64,000 nt of DNA. Source: Yuukianura sp. NJ FZ-2021 (Eukaryota). Below, piece by piece: positions 40,057 through 55,551 of this stretch (the stretch's first letter is position 1; each line of letters starts with the position of its first letter). The notes under the pieces are model-generated. The model searched no databases. It saw only the letters and a program-made list of their open reading frames with translations, and had not been told where the DNA came from. The DNA lies in NCBI GenBank assembly GCA_046563655.1, contig CM102286.1:5146001-5210000 (forward strand), read 5' to 3'. Position numbers and translations under genes: made by a program.

Positions 40057-42040
40057 GAGTGATTTTCCTACTAAACTTTTAACTTTTTGGAATTTGGAAT
40101 TATGCTATTTAGAAAGAGTGATTTTCCTACTAAACTTTTAACTTTTTGGAATTTGGAATTATGCTATTTAGAAAGAGTGATTTTCCTACTAAACCTTTAA
40201 CTTTTTGGAATTTGGAATTATGTCATTTAGAAAGAGTGATTTTCCTACTAAACTTTTAACTTTTTGGAATTTGGAATTATGCTATTTAGAAAGAGTGATT
40301 TTCCTACTAAACTTTTAACTTTTTGGAATTTGGAATTATGCTATTTAGAAAGAGTGATTTTCCTACTAAACTTTTAACTTTTTGGAATTTGGAATTATGC
40401 TATTTAGAAAGAGTGATTTTCCTACTAAACTTTTAACTTTTTTGTAATTTGGAATTATGCTATTTAGAAAGAGTGATTTTCCTACTAAACTTTTAACTTT
40501 TTGGAATTTGGAATTATGCTATTTAGAAAGAGTGATTTTCCTACTAAACTTTTAACTTTTTGGAATTTGGAATTACGCTATTTAGAAAGAGTGATTTTCC
40601 TACTAAACTTTTAACTTTTTGGAATTTGGAATTACGCTATTTAGAAAGAGTGATTTTCCTACTAAACTTTTAACTTTTTGGAATTTGGAATTATGCTATT
40701 TAGAAAGAGTGATTTTCCTACTAAACTTTTAACTTTTTGGAATTTGGAATTATGCTATTTAGAAAGAGTGATTTTCCTACTAAACTTTTAACTTTTTGGA
40801 ATTTGGAATTATGCTATTTAGAAAGAGTGATTTTCCTACTAAACTTTTAACTTTTTTGTAATTTGGAATTATGCTATTTAGAAAGAGTGATTTTCCTACT
40901 AAACTTTTAACTTTTTGGAATTTGGAATTATGCTATTTAGAAAGAGTGATTTTCCTACTAAACTTTTAACTTTTTGGAATTTGGAATTACGCTATTTAGA
41001 AAGAGTGATTTTCCTACTAAACTTTTAACTTTTTGGAATTTGGAATTACGCTATTTAGAAAGAGTGATTTTCCTACTAAACTTTTAACTTTTTGGAATTT
41101 GGAATTACGCTATTTAGAAAGAGTGATTTTCCTACTAAACTTTTAACTTTTTGGAATTTGGAATTATGCTATTTAGAAAGAGTGATTTTCCTACTAAACC
41201 TTTAACTTTTTGGAATTTGGAATTATGTCATTTAGAAAGAGTGATTTTCCTACTAAACTTTTAACTTTTTGGAATTTGGAATTATGCTATTTAGAAAGAG
41301 TGATTTTCCTACTAAACTTTTAACTTTTTGGAATTTGGAATTATGCTATTTAGAAAGAGTGATTTTCCTACTAAACTTTTAACTTTTTGGAATTTGGAAT
41401 TATGTCATTTAGAAAGAGTGATTTTCCTACTAAACTTTTAACTTTTTGGAATTTGGAATTATGCTATTTAGAAAGAGTGATTTTCCTACTAAACTTTTAA
41501 CTTTTTGGAATTTGGAATTATGCTATTTAGAAAGAGTGATTTTCCTACTAAACTTTTAACTTTTTTGTAATTTGGAATTATGCTATTTAGAAAGAGTGAT
41601 TTTCCTACTAAACTTTTAACTTTTTTGTAATTTGGAATTATGCTATTTAGAAAGAGTGATTTTCCTACTAAACTTTTAACTTTTTGGAATTTGGAATTAT
41701 TATTATTAAGCTATTATAAATAATAGTACCCTAATATGTGATTTGCACGATCGAACGGGTCTGGGGCGAAGCCCCAGCAAGCTTTGCGCAGCAAAGCTTG
41801 TCATTAACTAAAACACAAGAGGCGATAAATTTTTGGCACGTTTCCGTAATTTGTTGCGTATTCTAAAAATATTATCCTTTTTAACCACGAATGATCAAGT
41901 CTGCTGTGATCGAATGGATGGGTGAACGATCGGCGTGTAAGGTGCACTACAAGGACCACACAAAAACAAAACACGAGGAATTCAAACCTTAAAAAAAACT
42001 AACATGTGAATTTGTTTGTGTGAATAAAAAGTGGATTTTT

Positions 42041-42551
42041 GGTTGAAGTAAGATATCGTTCGCCGCCTGTCCCCACCCGTTCAAATTTTCGCGCTGCCTC
42101 CATTGTACCCACCCATTGTCCCCACCGGACGGATACGTTTGTACTCACCACTACCAAAAGCAGTACGTCCACCTAGCGGCACTACAGTAACATCTGAATT
42201 CAAGCTGGCAACGTTTTTTCCTTTCTGATTTGGTCAATCCTGTTATATTTTACCGCGCCGAAGGCGCGGCGTTAGGTTTGGTATAGCACGCAATACTGAT
42301 TACGTCTGTAGGTTTGACTTATTGAGTTACGCTATGTTGATTACATTTGCCCTGGGTGGGTACAATGGAGCAATGCTACAGCGTTGCCAGCTCGAATTCG
42401 CTAGTTCCACTTCAGCCGCTAGGGGACTCGATATAAGGCTGGTGGGTACACATTTGTCCCCACCAGGTGGGGACAATAGGTGGGTACAATGGAGGCAGCG
42501 CGAAAATTTGAACGGGTGGGGACAGGCGGCGAACGATATCTTACTTCGACC
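42041..42551. mobile_element. Foldback MITE, 511 bp, Merlin-like
   Basis: 86-bp TIRs (42041-42126 / 42466-42551, 2 mismatches) beginning GG, with 8-bp TSD GGATTTTT (42033-42040, 42552-42559). Further internal inverted segments CCTAGCGGC/GCCGCTAGG and GCTGGCAACG/CGTTGCCAGC. Confidence 0.82.
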
Positions 42552-43120
42552 GGATTTTTTTCATCAATTTCAATTTCATTATAAATCTAAAAGTGTCGCT
42601 TAATTATTAAGTTTGTCACTCATCGCTCTCTTTACAACAACAGAAGTTCCAGGAGCACAGTGTTGTTACGAAGGTTTTATAATTAAGGTAAGTGTCAATT
42701 GATATGTTCATTGCTTTTCACCGCCTGTGATGGTCAGTTAGTTAAGTTAGGTAGCATCTCGATGGTAAGACGGGACGAGCAGAGGAACTATTTATATCCA
42801 CTTTGATTCTGGCTGGATTGATTTAGCATAGGATTTACACATTATGATTTACTTATTAAGGATTTAGATTTAGCATAGGTACACTCCATTCCATAGGGTG
42901 GGTTTAGAATTGGTCAGCTAAAGTTAATACATCAAAGCAAACTACACAACAAGTACGTTAACGTTACCTTTTTCGACCCAAAATTTTAATTTTATCGGGT
43001 TAATCTAATTCATATGATTTGGCATAATTATTTTTTGTTGAACGAAAATCACTGTGATGTTGCGTATATTTGCATCATTGCATCTTCACAATCACAACGA
43101 ATGCGTTCATTTCTTAGAAA

Positions 43121-44946
<1,826 letters not shown>

Positions 44947-45280
44947 TCTTCGTGTCAACATTTTTAAAGAAAGACCTGATTCATCAAGTTATTTTGTCTT
45001 ATGTTATTCCACTTTCTGAAAACTGTCGTGGTTAGAAGTGCGTAAATAAACGAAGTTTTATAGTGAAAAATGTCGTTTTCTTTCTGCTCTAACTAGGCGG
45101 CCAGTTTAGTTTAATAACTCTATAAAAATAAAAATATTTGCCTGACCTTAGCTACCTCTCATATTTTTTAGCCGTAAGTCGAATAGTCGCAGCAAAAAAT
45201 ATTTATTTATCTTTGTTTTTTTTTCTCATTTCAGGTGCAAACGCTGTTTTTGGCGTATTGACACCAACGAAGTCACTGAA

Positions 45281-48219
45281 ATGTCATTTCGTCGCTTAAA
45301 GTTGCAGTGTATAAACAGTTTCCTGAAGTATTCAACTGACACCAAGATGACACGAATTATCTCAATGCCAAATGAGACCGTCAGTCGTACGAAACGAGCG
45401 GAAATGGTGAAAGCCCGTCATCGCGAAAACAAGGAAATGTTCGGTGAACTCTTGGAAACAAAGCAGGACAAAGTCTCCAGAAGGAAGAAGACGGCAGAGC
45501 AAACTGGTCCTTATACAGATGCCATGCCACAAGAAATAGTATTTGTCGCCGTTAAGCAGCTTAACCAAGGTCCGAAAGTGGAGTGCGACAATTTCAAGCG
45601 GCCGACTTCGACCATTGTGCCACTGGCTTCCATTCCAATGGAACCTGCTGTTGATATTGCCAAGCATGGTGACCTAAACGGTGAAAAGAAAACTACAAAA
45701 GCAGTTGAAAGTAAATGGATGACCAAAAACTTTGCAAAACGCACCAAAATTTTTACTAAGGTTCCTCCACCAGTTAATGCCAATTTGGACCCTACGACGC
45801 CTCCATTGTATAAACAATCCACGGTGAGTGAGACGTCGTCAACACCAAGAGCTACAAATTTTTTGAAGGCAGAGATGACTCCAAGGGGTACGTCGATTAG
45901 TCAGAAATCCACATTTTTAATACTAATCAGTCTAATCAGCAACAATTTGACAGTATTCATTGACAAAGTTGTGATTTTTTTTTTTCAGAAATTCGCGAGA
46001 TTCCGACGCTAAAGCAATTCCTCGCGAGTATTCATCAATGTCAAGACATCAGTCACTATGGAGAGGTGAAACAAATCCGAGAAGGCGGCATAACGGGACT
46101 GACCACGGCTGAAGCTACTGATTCACCTCCTCGTGTATCTTCCGTTGATGCTAATGAGGAAGACAAGGTGATTGAAGGGTTGCATATGACACTGACAGAA
46201 GTGGTTGACTGCTTTCGCATTAATAAGTTTAAAAGCTGGTTCTTCATCTTCCTTAGGACAAGACAGAGGAGCCAATAATTACTGAGCGAGGAAGCACGGA
46301 AATTAACGGGCCGAATACAAGTTCTTCTCACGATTCCCTTTCATCTCAATCTCTTGATGATCTTCGTCTCGGTGTTGGCAATGAGGAGGACATGATTTCT
46401 GCAGGTTATAAATTATTTCCATTTGATAACCCAGGAAGACAAACAAGCGATGATAGGGATCTCCCCGCAAGCTCACCCGCACAAATCCAATCGCTTCCAT
46501 ATCCGCAAGCTGGAAATTGCAGTACATCATCATCGCTTCACTCAAATCCCAAATTTCCCAGTGTTACTCGAATTTTAGCTGCGACCATGTCAGCCCAACA
46601 ATTGAAAATTTTGAAATTATGGGAAGAGAAAATGATGCGGGAGCTTGGGGAAGATGGATTCAAGAGATACAAAGAGGGTGAGTTGATTTTAATCTTAACA
46701 TTATTCTGTATTTTGTTACAATTTGGCAAACCAAAAAAGTGGAATTTCTGCTTAGATGCTTCCCTAATTCCAGTCTCGTGATTTCAATTGTGGTTTTACA
46801 TGCGCTCTTATTGAAGTAGATTTGGTTTACAACAATGACATGAATTCCTTTGTTGTAAAAACTGGTATCACACTATTATACAAAGTGAATGGCATTTTTT
46901 TGCAACCCTACACCTTTGCAAATAAAAAAGACGACATGCAAGATGTTGAGTCGTATATTGTTGATCTCGATTCTTCAACGTACTAATTGCTTTGTAAATA
47001 TCCCTATCTTGACAGGAAAGTTTCATCCTTGGCAAGTTTATTCTTGCGAAACGCAAACTTCAGAATTTGAAGTGGATATAAATTGGAAGGATTTACAAAA
47101 GTCAAAGATGGTGCAAATAACAAGCTCATTTTTCTTTTGTCAGAGCTATTCTGTGGGAACCATTGTTTCCGGATTTATGAATTTTCACGTTAGCCTGTCT
47201 AAACCCGGATTTTATAAAATTCGCATCTCGTAAGATGCCATTCGCGCGTGGCCAAGGTCATTGACCCTCATGTACTGCTCTTACGGATTTTGTAAATGTC
47301 TTAAGTTAATGGATACGTTTTTTGCCATTTTTTCAGAGTTATTTGCAAACGGGAAACTGCTTCACAAAAATCTTCAATTTCTGCTCAGTGGGAAATCAAT
47401 TGATGATCTCGACATTTCGCAGGGCATCGAAGGACATTGGCAAAGTTTACAATGGGTTTTGGCCAAAATCCAGAAAACTTCCGTCTTGGAAAGCTACGTA
47501 GCTCATCCTGTGCTGTGTTACGGAGGAATAGTTGATTGTATCGCAACGTACAGGTATGGGTGTCAATCTTCTGAAATGGCATGTCGTATACATTTCCATA
47601 AAAGTATATTTGATTAAGCACCCTGTTGTATTGTCCAGAGGTCATTATCCTTCCTAACAACTTGAATCTTTCCCAAGTACCCCAAATTTATTGAATCTCA
47701 TCTCCTTTAAATCTGTTGTTAACCAATTACAGGGACAAATTGGTTCTTATTGATTGGAAGACTTCTGAGAAGCCGAAGCCGTTCATTTCCAATACGTATG
47801 ACACTCCGCTCCAAATTGCTGCTTACATTGGTGCCATCAATTATGATCCGAACTACAAATTCAAGGTGAGCATCATATTTAATTTTCAGATGTACATGAC
47901 ATTCTGTACAATACGTTACCTAATACATGACATTGCGTACATTACGCCGCCTACATTACATTTACATTACACTACGTACATTACACTGCTTACGTTACAT
48001 TACGTAGATTACATCGTGTCCATTACATTACGTTTACGTACAATACGAACATTTAATTCAAATTTTTGTTGTTGTGTACAGGTAGTTGAAGGGCTGGCTG
48101 TAATTGCCTACAAGGATGGAAAAGACTGCCAAGTTTTTCATTTGAGTTCTACGGATATCCTGAAATACTGGAAGCTATGGCTGAAGAGACTTAAACTTTT
48201 CCATTCCCGCGAGCCTTAA
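45281..48219 (+). CDS. MGME1: Mitochondrial genome maintenance exonuclease 1 (PD-(D/E)XK nuclease), multi-exon, long N-terminal extension
   Basis: [77 protein letters not shown] and W..RL C-terminus. The basic N-terminus is compatible with mitochondrial targeting. Exons in 45900-46400 are uncertain. Confidence 0.9.
47930..48045. repeat. Degenerate (TACAT/TACGT)n low-complexity tract in the last MGME1 intron
   Basis: Runs such as tacattacatttacattacactacgtacattacac. Confidence 0.6.
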
Positions 48220-48757
48220 TTCTTGAATTTATTAGAGAAACAATAAAGTTGATTATCTGACATGACCGAAGTTACCGTTCAAATGTATCAATTTTTTGAC
48301 AATTTGAGCTTTTGAGATTTTTTTTTTCTGCGAAGCCTCTCTAAATGACTTTGAGCAATAAATACTCAACATTTTTCTTATTCAAAATGTTTCCTTTTCA
48401 AATATGCCAAGATCAAGGAACAGTTTTGTGTAAAACGTTCCGGTTGCATGACGGTACGTTGAGCCCGGATGAGGTGTCACAGGGTATGACAGATGGATGA
48501 AGTAACAATCGGCGGGAATCTTCATTTCGTGTTCATGTTCACACATTTCCTTGAAATGTTTCTATTCAATCTGTCAGCGGAATTTTATTAATGCCGGACC
48601 TACAATCAAAGAACGGTATGGCATTTTTTATTACTTTTTTTCATAACAATAGTCATCCAAATTAAATCTAACTTTTCTCAATTTCTTTTTGTCTAGTAAA
48701 TGGAAACATACAATCCGAAGTTGTGTTAAACTGCTTGAAGCTTGATCTAGAACGCAT

Positions 48758-49366
48758 CTAGATCCTGATGCAGAGCTCTGCATCAGGAAGTTGAATTTTC
48801 ACATAAGGTGGACATGCCATCAATGGATGCCGGAAAGGGTTAACAATCAGCTTAGCTTTCCAACGCCAACCGGGAATTGTGTGTTTCAAAGTTTCAAATG
48901 TTGAAAAAAGCTTCACCCCTTGAAGACTTGACTTTTCTGAAGACTGTTTATGTCTTATCCCTCTGAACGTTCGGAGGAAACCTAATATCCACATCTTCTT
49001 GCTATTGTTATGGTCCTTCCTCTGTAATAATTGTAAACTGAAAAAATCCCTTGGAGGCATTTGGACGCAAGAACTACGAAGAACTGAACCAAGACTTCAT
49101 CTTCCAAGATCTCTAAATAAAAAATCAGTCTTGGTTCATCAAGAACAGCGTCTAGGTGGTTGTGGTCAATTCTCGAGAGATCCGATTTCCAAACGGAAAA
49201 CGAGTTCAACTTTATTGTAAGTTCGACAGACAAAACAGGAAATAGCTTCATCAATTTCAAAGAAAATTGCTCTCTGACTCTTCACGCGGAAGGCCGAAAT
49301 GCCACCACCAACATTTTCAATTTGCCGAAGCCATGCAATTTGATACGCCGCAAACTCAATTGACAA
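48758..49366 (-). pseudogene. Possible decayed coding sequence (overlapping short ORFs in different frames)
   Basis: Three abutting minus-strand ORFs read like protein but change frame. No family recognised. Confidence 0.2.
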
Positions 49367-52300
49367 TTCCCATGATTTTTTGAACTATTGTGATTCAAAA
49401 TCTGTAAATCTTAACTAAGAACCAACCGCAGTCGAATTCTAATCACTTCATAACGGTAAGGTTGTCCGAAATTTCCTTCTTTTTGTAATTGAGAACACAC
49501 AAACTTTAGTCTGGAATTTCTGAATTCTGGATGAAGCATGCAACCATGCCTTTCTGTGGAATTTAGAGTGGCTTTAGATTTAGCTAGATTGAGTTTTAGA
49601 TCTTCACGATTTTGCTAAAAGTTTATGGTACTTTCGTATGTTTGAAAAGTTTTTTTTTTCGTTGTGAATTTCTGAAAACAGAATTGCAAGCTGTAATTAA
49701 CACCCTTTGCACTGTTTTTTTTTTAGTTTCTTGACAAATAAGAGTGGAAGTGTTGCATGAGACTCCATGAGATTTTCAGCAGTCGAAATGCAAAATAACT
49801 AAGAATTATCACGTAATTGCAATTTGCTTGGCACGTAGGATGGACCGAACACAGTAATTTGCAGGTTGTATATTTCGCATTTAATCCCATGGATTCCACA
49901 ACCTCTATCTTGCTTCAGAATCGCCATTACAATGGGAATTTAACAACTCAAAATTATATTTTCCCCTAATTTGTGAAGTAAGAAACTAAGATGGGAGGAA
50001 GCTGGAGTGTTGAGCAGTTTCAAGGATGACTGAAGATATTTTTTTAAATAACAAGTTCTAATAACAAGGAGTTAATTTCCATACTTATTCTGATTTATGG
50101 GAGCTTTCAAATTGACTTCTTAACGCTAACTGACGCTAAGTTACACCGGACATTGCCCAGTATTCGCAGGAAGTCATGTGCATAGGTCGTATTTCACTTT
50201 TAAACTGATTTTTTTTCAAACAGTTCACCTGTTCATTTTATATTTTATATTCACACGTTTCATATTTTTAGTGTTAATTTTATGTGCTAAGGAACAATTT
50301 CAAAATTTTACGAGCCAGTACTAACGTTTCCGTTAGAATGTAACGCCACGTAGCAATTGAATGCAATTTTTCCTTTGCATTGTAAACTTTGGAATTTCAC
50401 AAGTCCTAAAACCCAATGCCTTGAGATGTAGATCCTTTTAATCCTTTTAAAACGTGTTAAAGAGACCACCTACTTTCTCTTGAAAAGTTTTAGTTGAAAC
50501 TCGTGTGTTAATTTCAAAATTTAGCGGAGGTTGGTCAGGTGAGACTTTCTATGAACAGGAAACGTGGCGTATTTCTATTGTGAACTTTGTACGTGTGAAT
50601 GGCATGTGCTAATTCCATGTTTTTGAAACTGAGTAAAAAAAAAGAGGAATTTCGAAATTTTAAGACGCTTAGCTCAGTATGTGATTTGATACACAGCAAA
50701 TTGCTTCATTGAAGTCACCCAACCGTGGAGGTTGACCTTTTAATTGCAAATCTTCTCGAATTTCACTCCTGATGGAAAGGCTTCTTTCTTCTTTCCGCTT
50801 AACTTCGCAAAAGTAGAATGACCGCTACCATGTTTTTTTCTTCTTTTGAGAGACATTAGAACTGAAACTTAATCTCCTTTGCAGTTAGAGGTTTTTAAAG
50901 ATGTTTCAAGTGCATTTGTCAGGAAGACAGGCGAGATTAATTAATTTCAGAAGTGGGATTTAACGTCGGCTGGAAGTGCCACTCCGCCTGAGGACCCTCC
51001 AAAAACAATAGTTTTAAACACGGGTTTTCAACTTCAAGTGCTTATAACTACTAAGGTGAAGGTCAAAAGTAGGCACTTGAATTCAGTTCTTCCAAGGAAC
51101 AGTTCTTTTCAAGTGATAAGTGGCGCAAGAGTCATCAAATGTTTTAATTACTCACCTTGACAAATTGATCTTTTAACAAAGAAGGCCTGGAGCAGCCGAA
51201 GAAATGAAATGCCTTCGAAACATTAATTTTTTATTAATTTTGAGTTTTTTATGAGCTTCTGCCTGTCATCTTTCCCAACTGTAAAAAATTAAGCGTGAAA
51301 ACATTTGGAGTTTTTGGAGGTTGGAGAACAAGCTAGAGTTTCGGCGGTAGTTTTCGGATGCGGTTTGAATTTAATAACAATTAAAGATGAAGTTAGAATG
51401 GAAATGAATGTTTCATTTCCATAAAAGCAATTTGGGTTTCTGAGGTGGTGGGATAATACAGTTGAGCGTAGACTTGGCAATTTTTAAATTTATTGGTACC
51501 CGTTTAAAGTGGTTTTATGGTGAGGCGTTGATGAAGAATTAAATTAATGTTGGGCATAATTCATTTTTCTTATGTAGTATGCGAGGGAGGATATTAATTT
51601 TTCGTGGTGATACTTGTAGAGTCCCTGTGTACTAAATACTTGTAATACTTCGCTACGGTAATTTAAAAACTGTTTGTTCTGTGTCAAATTCAAACTCCTT
51701 CGAGTTTGTTCAGTGAACCATGGCTATGCCCTGCAGACAATGGTGCAGTTGAACAAATGTAGCGCAGCATTTTTTAAAAGTTAGGAAAGGCGTGACAATT
51801 GACGTATCGAGTATCCTCGAATGATTTAAAGCACTTTACGGTTTGTAGCATCTTCCCTCAAAACTACCGCCCATGAACTCCGAAAATGCTCTGTATGATG
51901 TATTATCGAATACTAAATTGAGTATACAGCACAATTTCGTAAAAGTTGTTAATTTTGATTTTGTGAGAAAAACCCCATGCTGCAAAATTTCCATAATTCG
52001 GGTATTGTTTTACGACGAGCTAGTATTGAATTTTTTTTATTTTACTTAATTTATTCAGTTCTTTCAGTTTGTTAGAGTAAACAACGTTTTGCCAATTAAA
52101 AAAGTTGTAAGATTTTGGTTGGATTTCAGGCGTCAAGCACACCTAAATGTAACAGTTCGTTTAGCCCGGGGAGGCAAAGTGTACAAGTGACCACTGACTG
52201 AACTGTCAACGCGAAATACACGCTTCATAGTTAATGAAAACGACATTTTTCTTTAACAAGTTCAACGGCAGTTAATTTATGGAGTAGGTAAGCAAGCTGA

Positions 52301-54493
52301 TCGTACCTGACTGACGTTCCTTCGATAATTTAGTGTCGCCTGTACCGTTGTCAGTACATTTATTCCAATCTTGACTTATTGAACGCACGTTTTACATTTT
52401 GGAGTTTGGTTCATTTTGAAATAAGCACTGTTAGCAGTACTGATGGTGCTTTTTGGAAAAGTTAGACGAATTTGTTGTTCTTTGATCGCATTTATGAAAT
52501 TATAAGGCCTTTTCAAAAAGTTTTGGAGAAAAAAATTTCTCGTACTTTCTTCATCTAGGCGTTGGAGGTTTTGTGGAGGAGAAAGTTTCAGTTCATGCTT
52601 TATCTATTTTCTTAGGCTATCCTCCTTGGTGTTTTGAAAAAAATCTTAAAACTGCACCAAGCCTTATGAATTTGTAGTTGCAGTTTCGGCATTTAATACA
52701 TAATCATTTATTTTCGATTTCTTTATATATTAATATTAATCATAATTTCCCCAACTTATGGGGAGAAGTGCCTTTTAGTGCAAACCCAAAGTTGTTCACG
52801 TTTTGAACTCCATGTTTGGCCTTAAGCCAAAAATGGTATAATTAACAAATGCAGATGAAGATGACCCAGAGTACCTTTACAGAAGATTCGATCGTGGGTA
52901 CAGTCGAGATTAAATTTGAATTCTCCCACCCACAGAACAGCATGTTTCCCACCTAACTTCAAAAACCCTCCATGATGTCGAATATTTTGAGTCTTTTGGT
53001 GTTTTGGTGTAAGTTTTGTTGATTAGTTGTTCTAAAACTTGCTTAAAAAGTCAACTAGTCATTCATTTGCAACTGAACTTTTGGACATTGGACGTGTTTT
53101 TTCTAAGTGGTTTATTAGATGCGGACATCCATCATTGGCCCCTCATGAATTGTCACTAATTGTCTATTTATTCTATGAAAAGTCCAAGATGGAATCTCTT
53201 AATTGCATTGAACATGTTACTTCCAAAGCCAACGCCCCAAGGTCTGTCATCCACTTCTTCTGGACGTTAATTTTGTTACATTTTAGTACTCAAGTGAGTT
53301 CATCAGCCTCTCAGAAATCGTTAGATTGGGGCAGCCATTAAAAGTTTCCAAATGAAAAATAATTTGGATTTTGAAAAGTTGTTGTGGATTTTCTACTTCA
53401 TGTCCATTCTGTTTGGAGATGGTGAGATGTATTTCACATTTTTAAAAAAATCAGAAATTGATGTTATTATTGCTGGATTTAGTTAAAATTGCCGTTAAAA
53501 ACGCGAGAAATTAGAGAATTAGTGAAGATTAAGAGAATGCAAGAAATTGGTCAAAGTTTTTGCAAAACACCAGGAAAACATACTTCACGAGTAACGACTT
53601 CCTTAGTGCTAATGACACACGTACAACTACCACCACCACCGGTAGTTTTAATTATGTTTTTCCTTCTTATTTTTTAATTTTTATAAGTGTCGAGTGTACT
53701 TAAATACAAATTCAATTGTTCCCTGTTCATTAAGTAGCTCTTTCCGTTAATAAAACCTAAATTATTTGTAAACTGAGAGCATAATTATGTTTTGGTTCGT
53801 TGAACCAATGTTAAAAACAATTTTTCTTGGATTTAAATTTTTCCACGTCAAATTTCCTGCACGTTTCAACCCAGCAGCAACACCTTTTCTTTTTTTCAAG
53901 GGAAGTTAAGACATTTATTTATGAAAAAGAAGACTTTGATGTTTATTTATGGTCTAACCGTTAAGTTAGAAACCGGATTCCCAAGAACATAACTTTTTAA
54001 TGTCACAGGCGTGTCAATAAAGGAAAGAGGTGCTCACTTTCTCCCTATTTCCCGGAATCCAAGCACTACTTTACGCCGATACGCCATAAAATTTTGGTAC
54101 ATGTACCTTGTGAACAATTTTGCATTTTTGAGATATTATCCATTTAATATCATTGGAGAAAAACACAGCAAACAATTAATTTTTCCGCGCTACGGTTATT
54201 TCGGTTGCGTTTTAACAATTACTATTGTTAATGAAAGTGGAGATAAATGGCGTTCCTTTATGTTTATGTAAAGTAATAGTTTAGGACAAATCAAATAGTA
54301 TTGAACACCGATCTTCGCTAACTAAAAGGCTCCTTTTGATGTACAATCGCCTAAATTTACAACAATGGAAAATTGAAGTTAAATATTTTGGAATGCTACT
54401 GTCATTTCAAGGTTGTTCTAACCTTATGAATGCCTAACCTAAACTCATTTCTCAAGATCAGTTCCAAATTGAATGTTGTCGCCAGCGTTTGAA

Positions 54494-55085
54494 ATGAGGG
54501 CTGTTTTATGGTAAGAGTAAATAAACAAAACAATGAAAAATTGACGTACCGATAATACGAGTAGAATTCTAAAATATTTAACGTAGGATCTCGATTCTGG
54601 TACTGTTGAGCTTCGATGTTAGAACAGCAATTGGTGAGGACCAAAACACGGCCCTAAAAAATCAACTGGGACAAATGGGCCAAATGGTGGTAAACGTTTT
54701 CACAGATCTTGGAAATCTGAAATCCGCTTTTGAAAAAGGTGGCTGCACTGGAATAATTAAAAGCAGATTGCAAGAATTTGACGCCCAATTCAAGAAAGTG
54801 AATCACCTTTGTATGACTCGGAAACCAGACGGGGATGATTTAGTTAGACTTTCTGAAGACATCAAGAAAATGGAAGAAGACTACGACCATGTGAGACAAA
54901 CTTTGGAGTGGGTTAAGAAAGACCAATACATAAGTCCTGACATTTGCAAGTATGATGTTCATGTTTTTTTGGGGAATATTTTGAATTGGTATGACAAATT
55001 TGAAAAGGGATTGCTGGAACCTTGCACCGATGACACACCAGCAATCAAGGGTGCTGTATCTGATGCGTTGAAAAAATACGAATAA
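54494..55085 (+). CDS. Secreted alpha-helical protein of unknown function, paralog A (171 aa, 2 exons)
   Basis: Exon 54494-54510, GTAAGA..TAG intron, and exon 54587-55085 give MRAVLWISILVLLSFDVRTAIG-EDQ..., a signal-peptide-like N-terminus. 4 Cys. AATAAA downstream. Structure is conserved in the paralog. Confidence 0.82.
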
Positions 55086-55551
55086 AACAGTAATTACTAA
55101 GAAACGTAATGCCTATGCAACCATGTTTGTGTTGGTCTAGTTGTACTGTTCTATTCATAGAAATCTTTGAAAATTTTGAAACTGCAGAAATAAATGTCGT
55201 TTTTGCTGAGATTGATTTGGCCCCAAAAGGCGCAGTTGCATTTAGAAATCAAGTGAGACTGTTTTGAAACAATTGAGAATAGTCCACAATGAAATTACGT
55301 TTCTGTGTTCGGTTCCATTACATCTGTGTAAAGTGGTATAGGACAAATAAAATGGTATTGCGCAAGGTCTTTCGGTAACTAAAAGGCTTTTTTGATGTAT
55401 AATCGCCTAAATCCAAAACAATGGATAATTGAACTTAAAATCTCTTAGAATATTCTGGTTCTGTCCAGGTTGTTTTAACTTTATGAAAACCTAACATTAA
55501 ACTCATTTCTCAAGATCAGTTCCCAATTGAATGTTGTGGCCAGCCGTTGAA

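Larger units (their letters stand above)
15043..41700. repeat. 59-bp AT-rich satellite array (~380 monomers, ~26.6 kb including insertions)
   Basis: Consensus AGTGATTTTCCTACTAAACTTTTAACTTTTTGGAATTTGGAATTATGCTATTTAGAAAG. Recurrent variants include GCTG..AAGG, GTCA, TACGC and a 60-bp TTTTTTGTAA form. Copy number estimated as (span minus ~4.1 kb of inserts)/59. Confidence 0.99.
14871..41800 (+). mobile_element. Putative non-autonomous Helitron-like element whose interior is the expanded 59-bp satellite
   Basis: 5' A^TCTAACTAATGAGCAC. 3' GC-rich hairpins CTGGGGCGAAGCCCCAG (41761-41777) and CAAGCTTTGC-GCA-GCAAAGCTTG, ending CTTG^T at 41800/41801. No TSD. The terminus is CTTG rather than canonical CTRR. 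Confidence 0.5.

Noticed and set aside
13993..41700. CRISPR-like appearance of the 44-bp and 59-bp arrays
   Set aside because: Monomers are head-to-tail without unique spacers, there are no cas genes, and the context is a spliced eukaryotic genome.
49500..54250. Scattered 60-100 aa ORFs in AT-rich sequence (also 56400-59900 and 63000-64000)
   Set aside because: No motifs, no coherent exon chain and no repeat structure that I could support.
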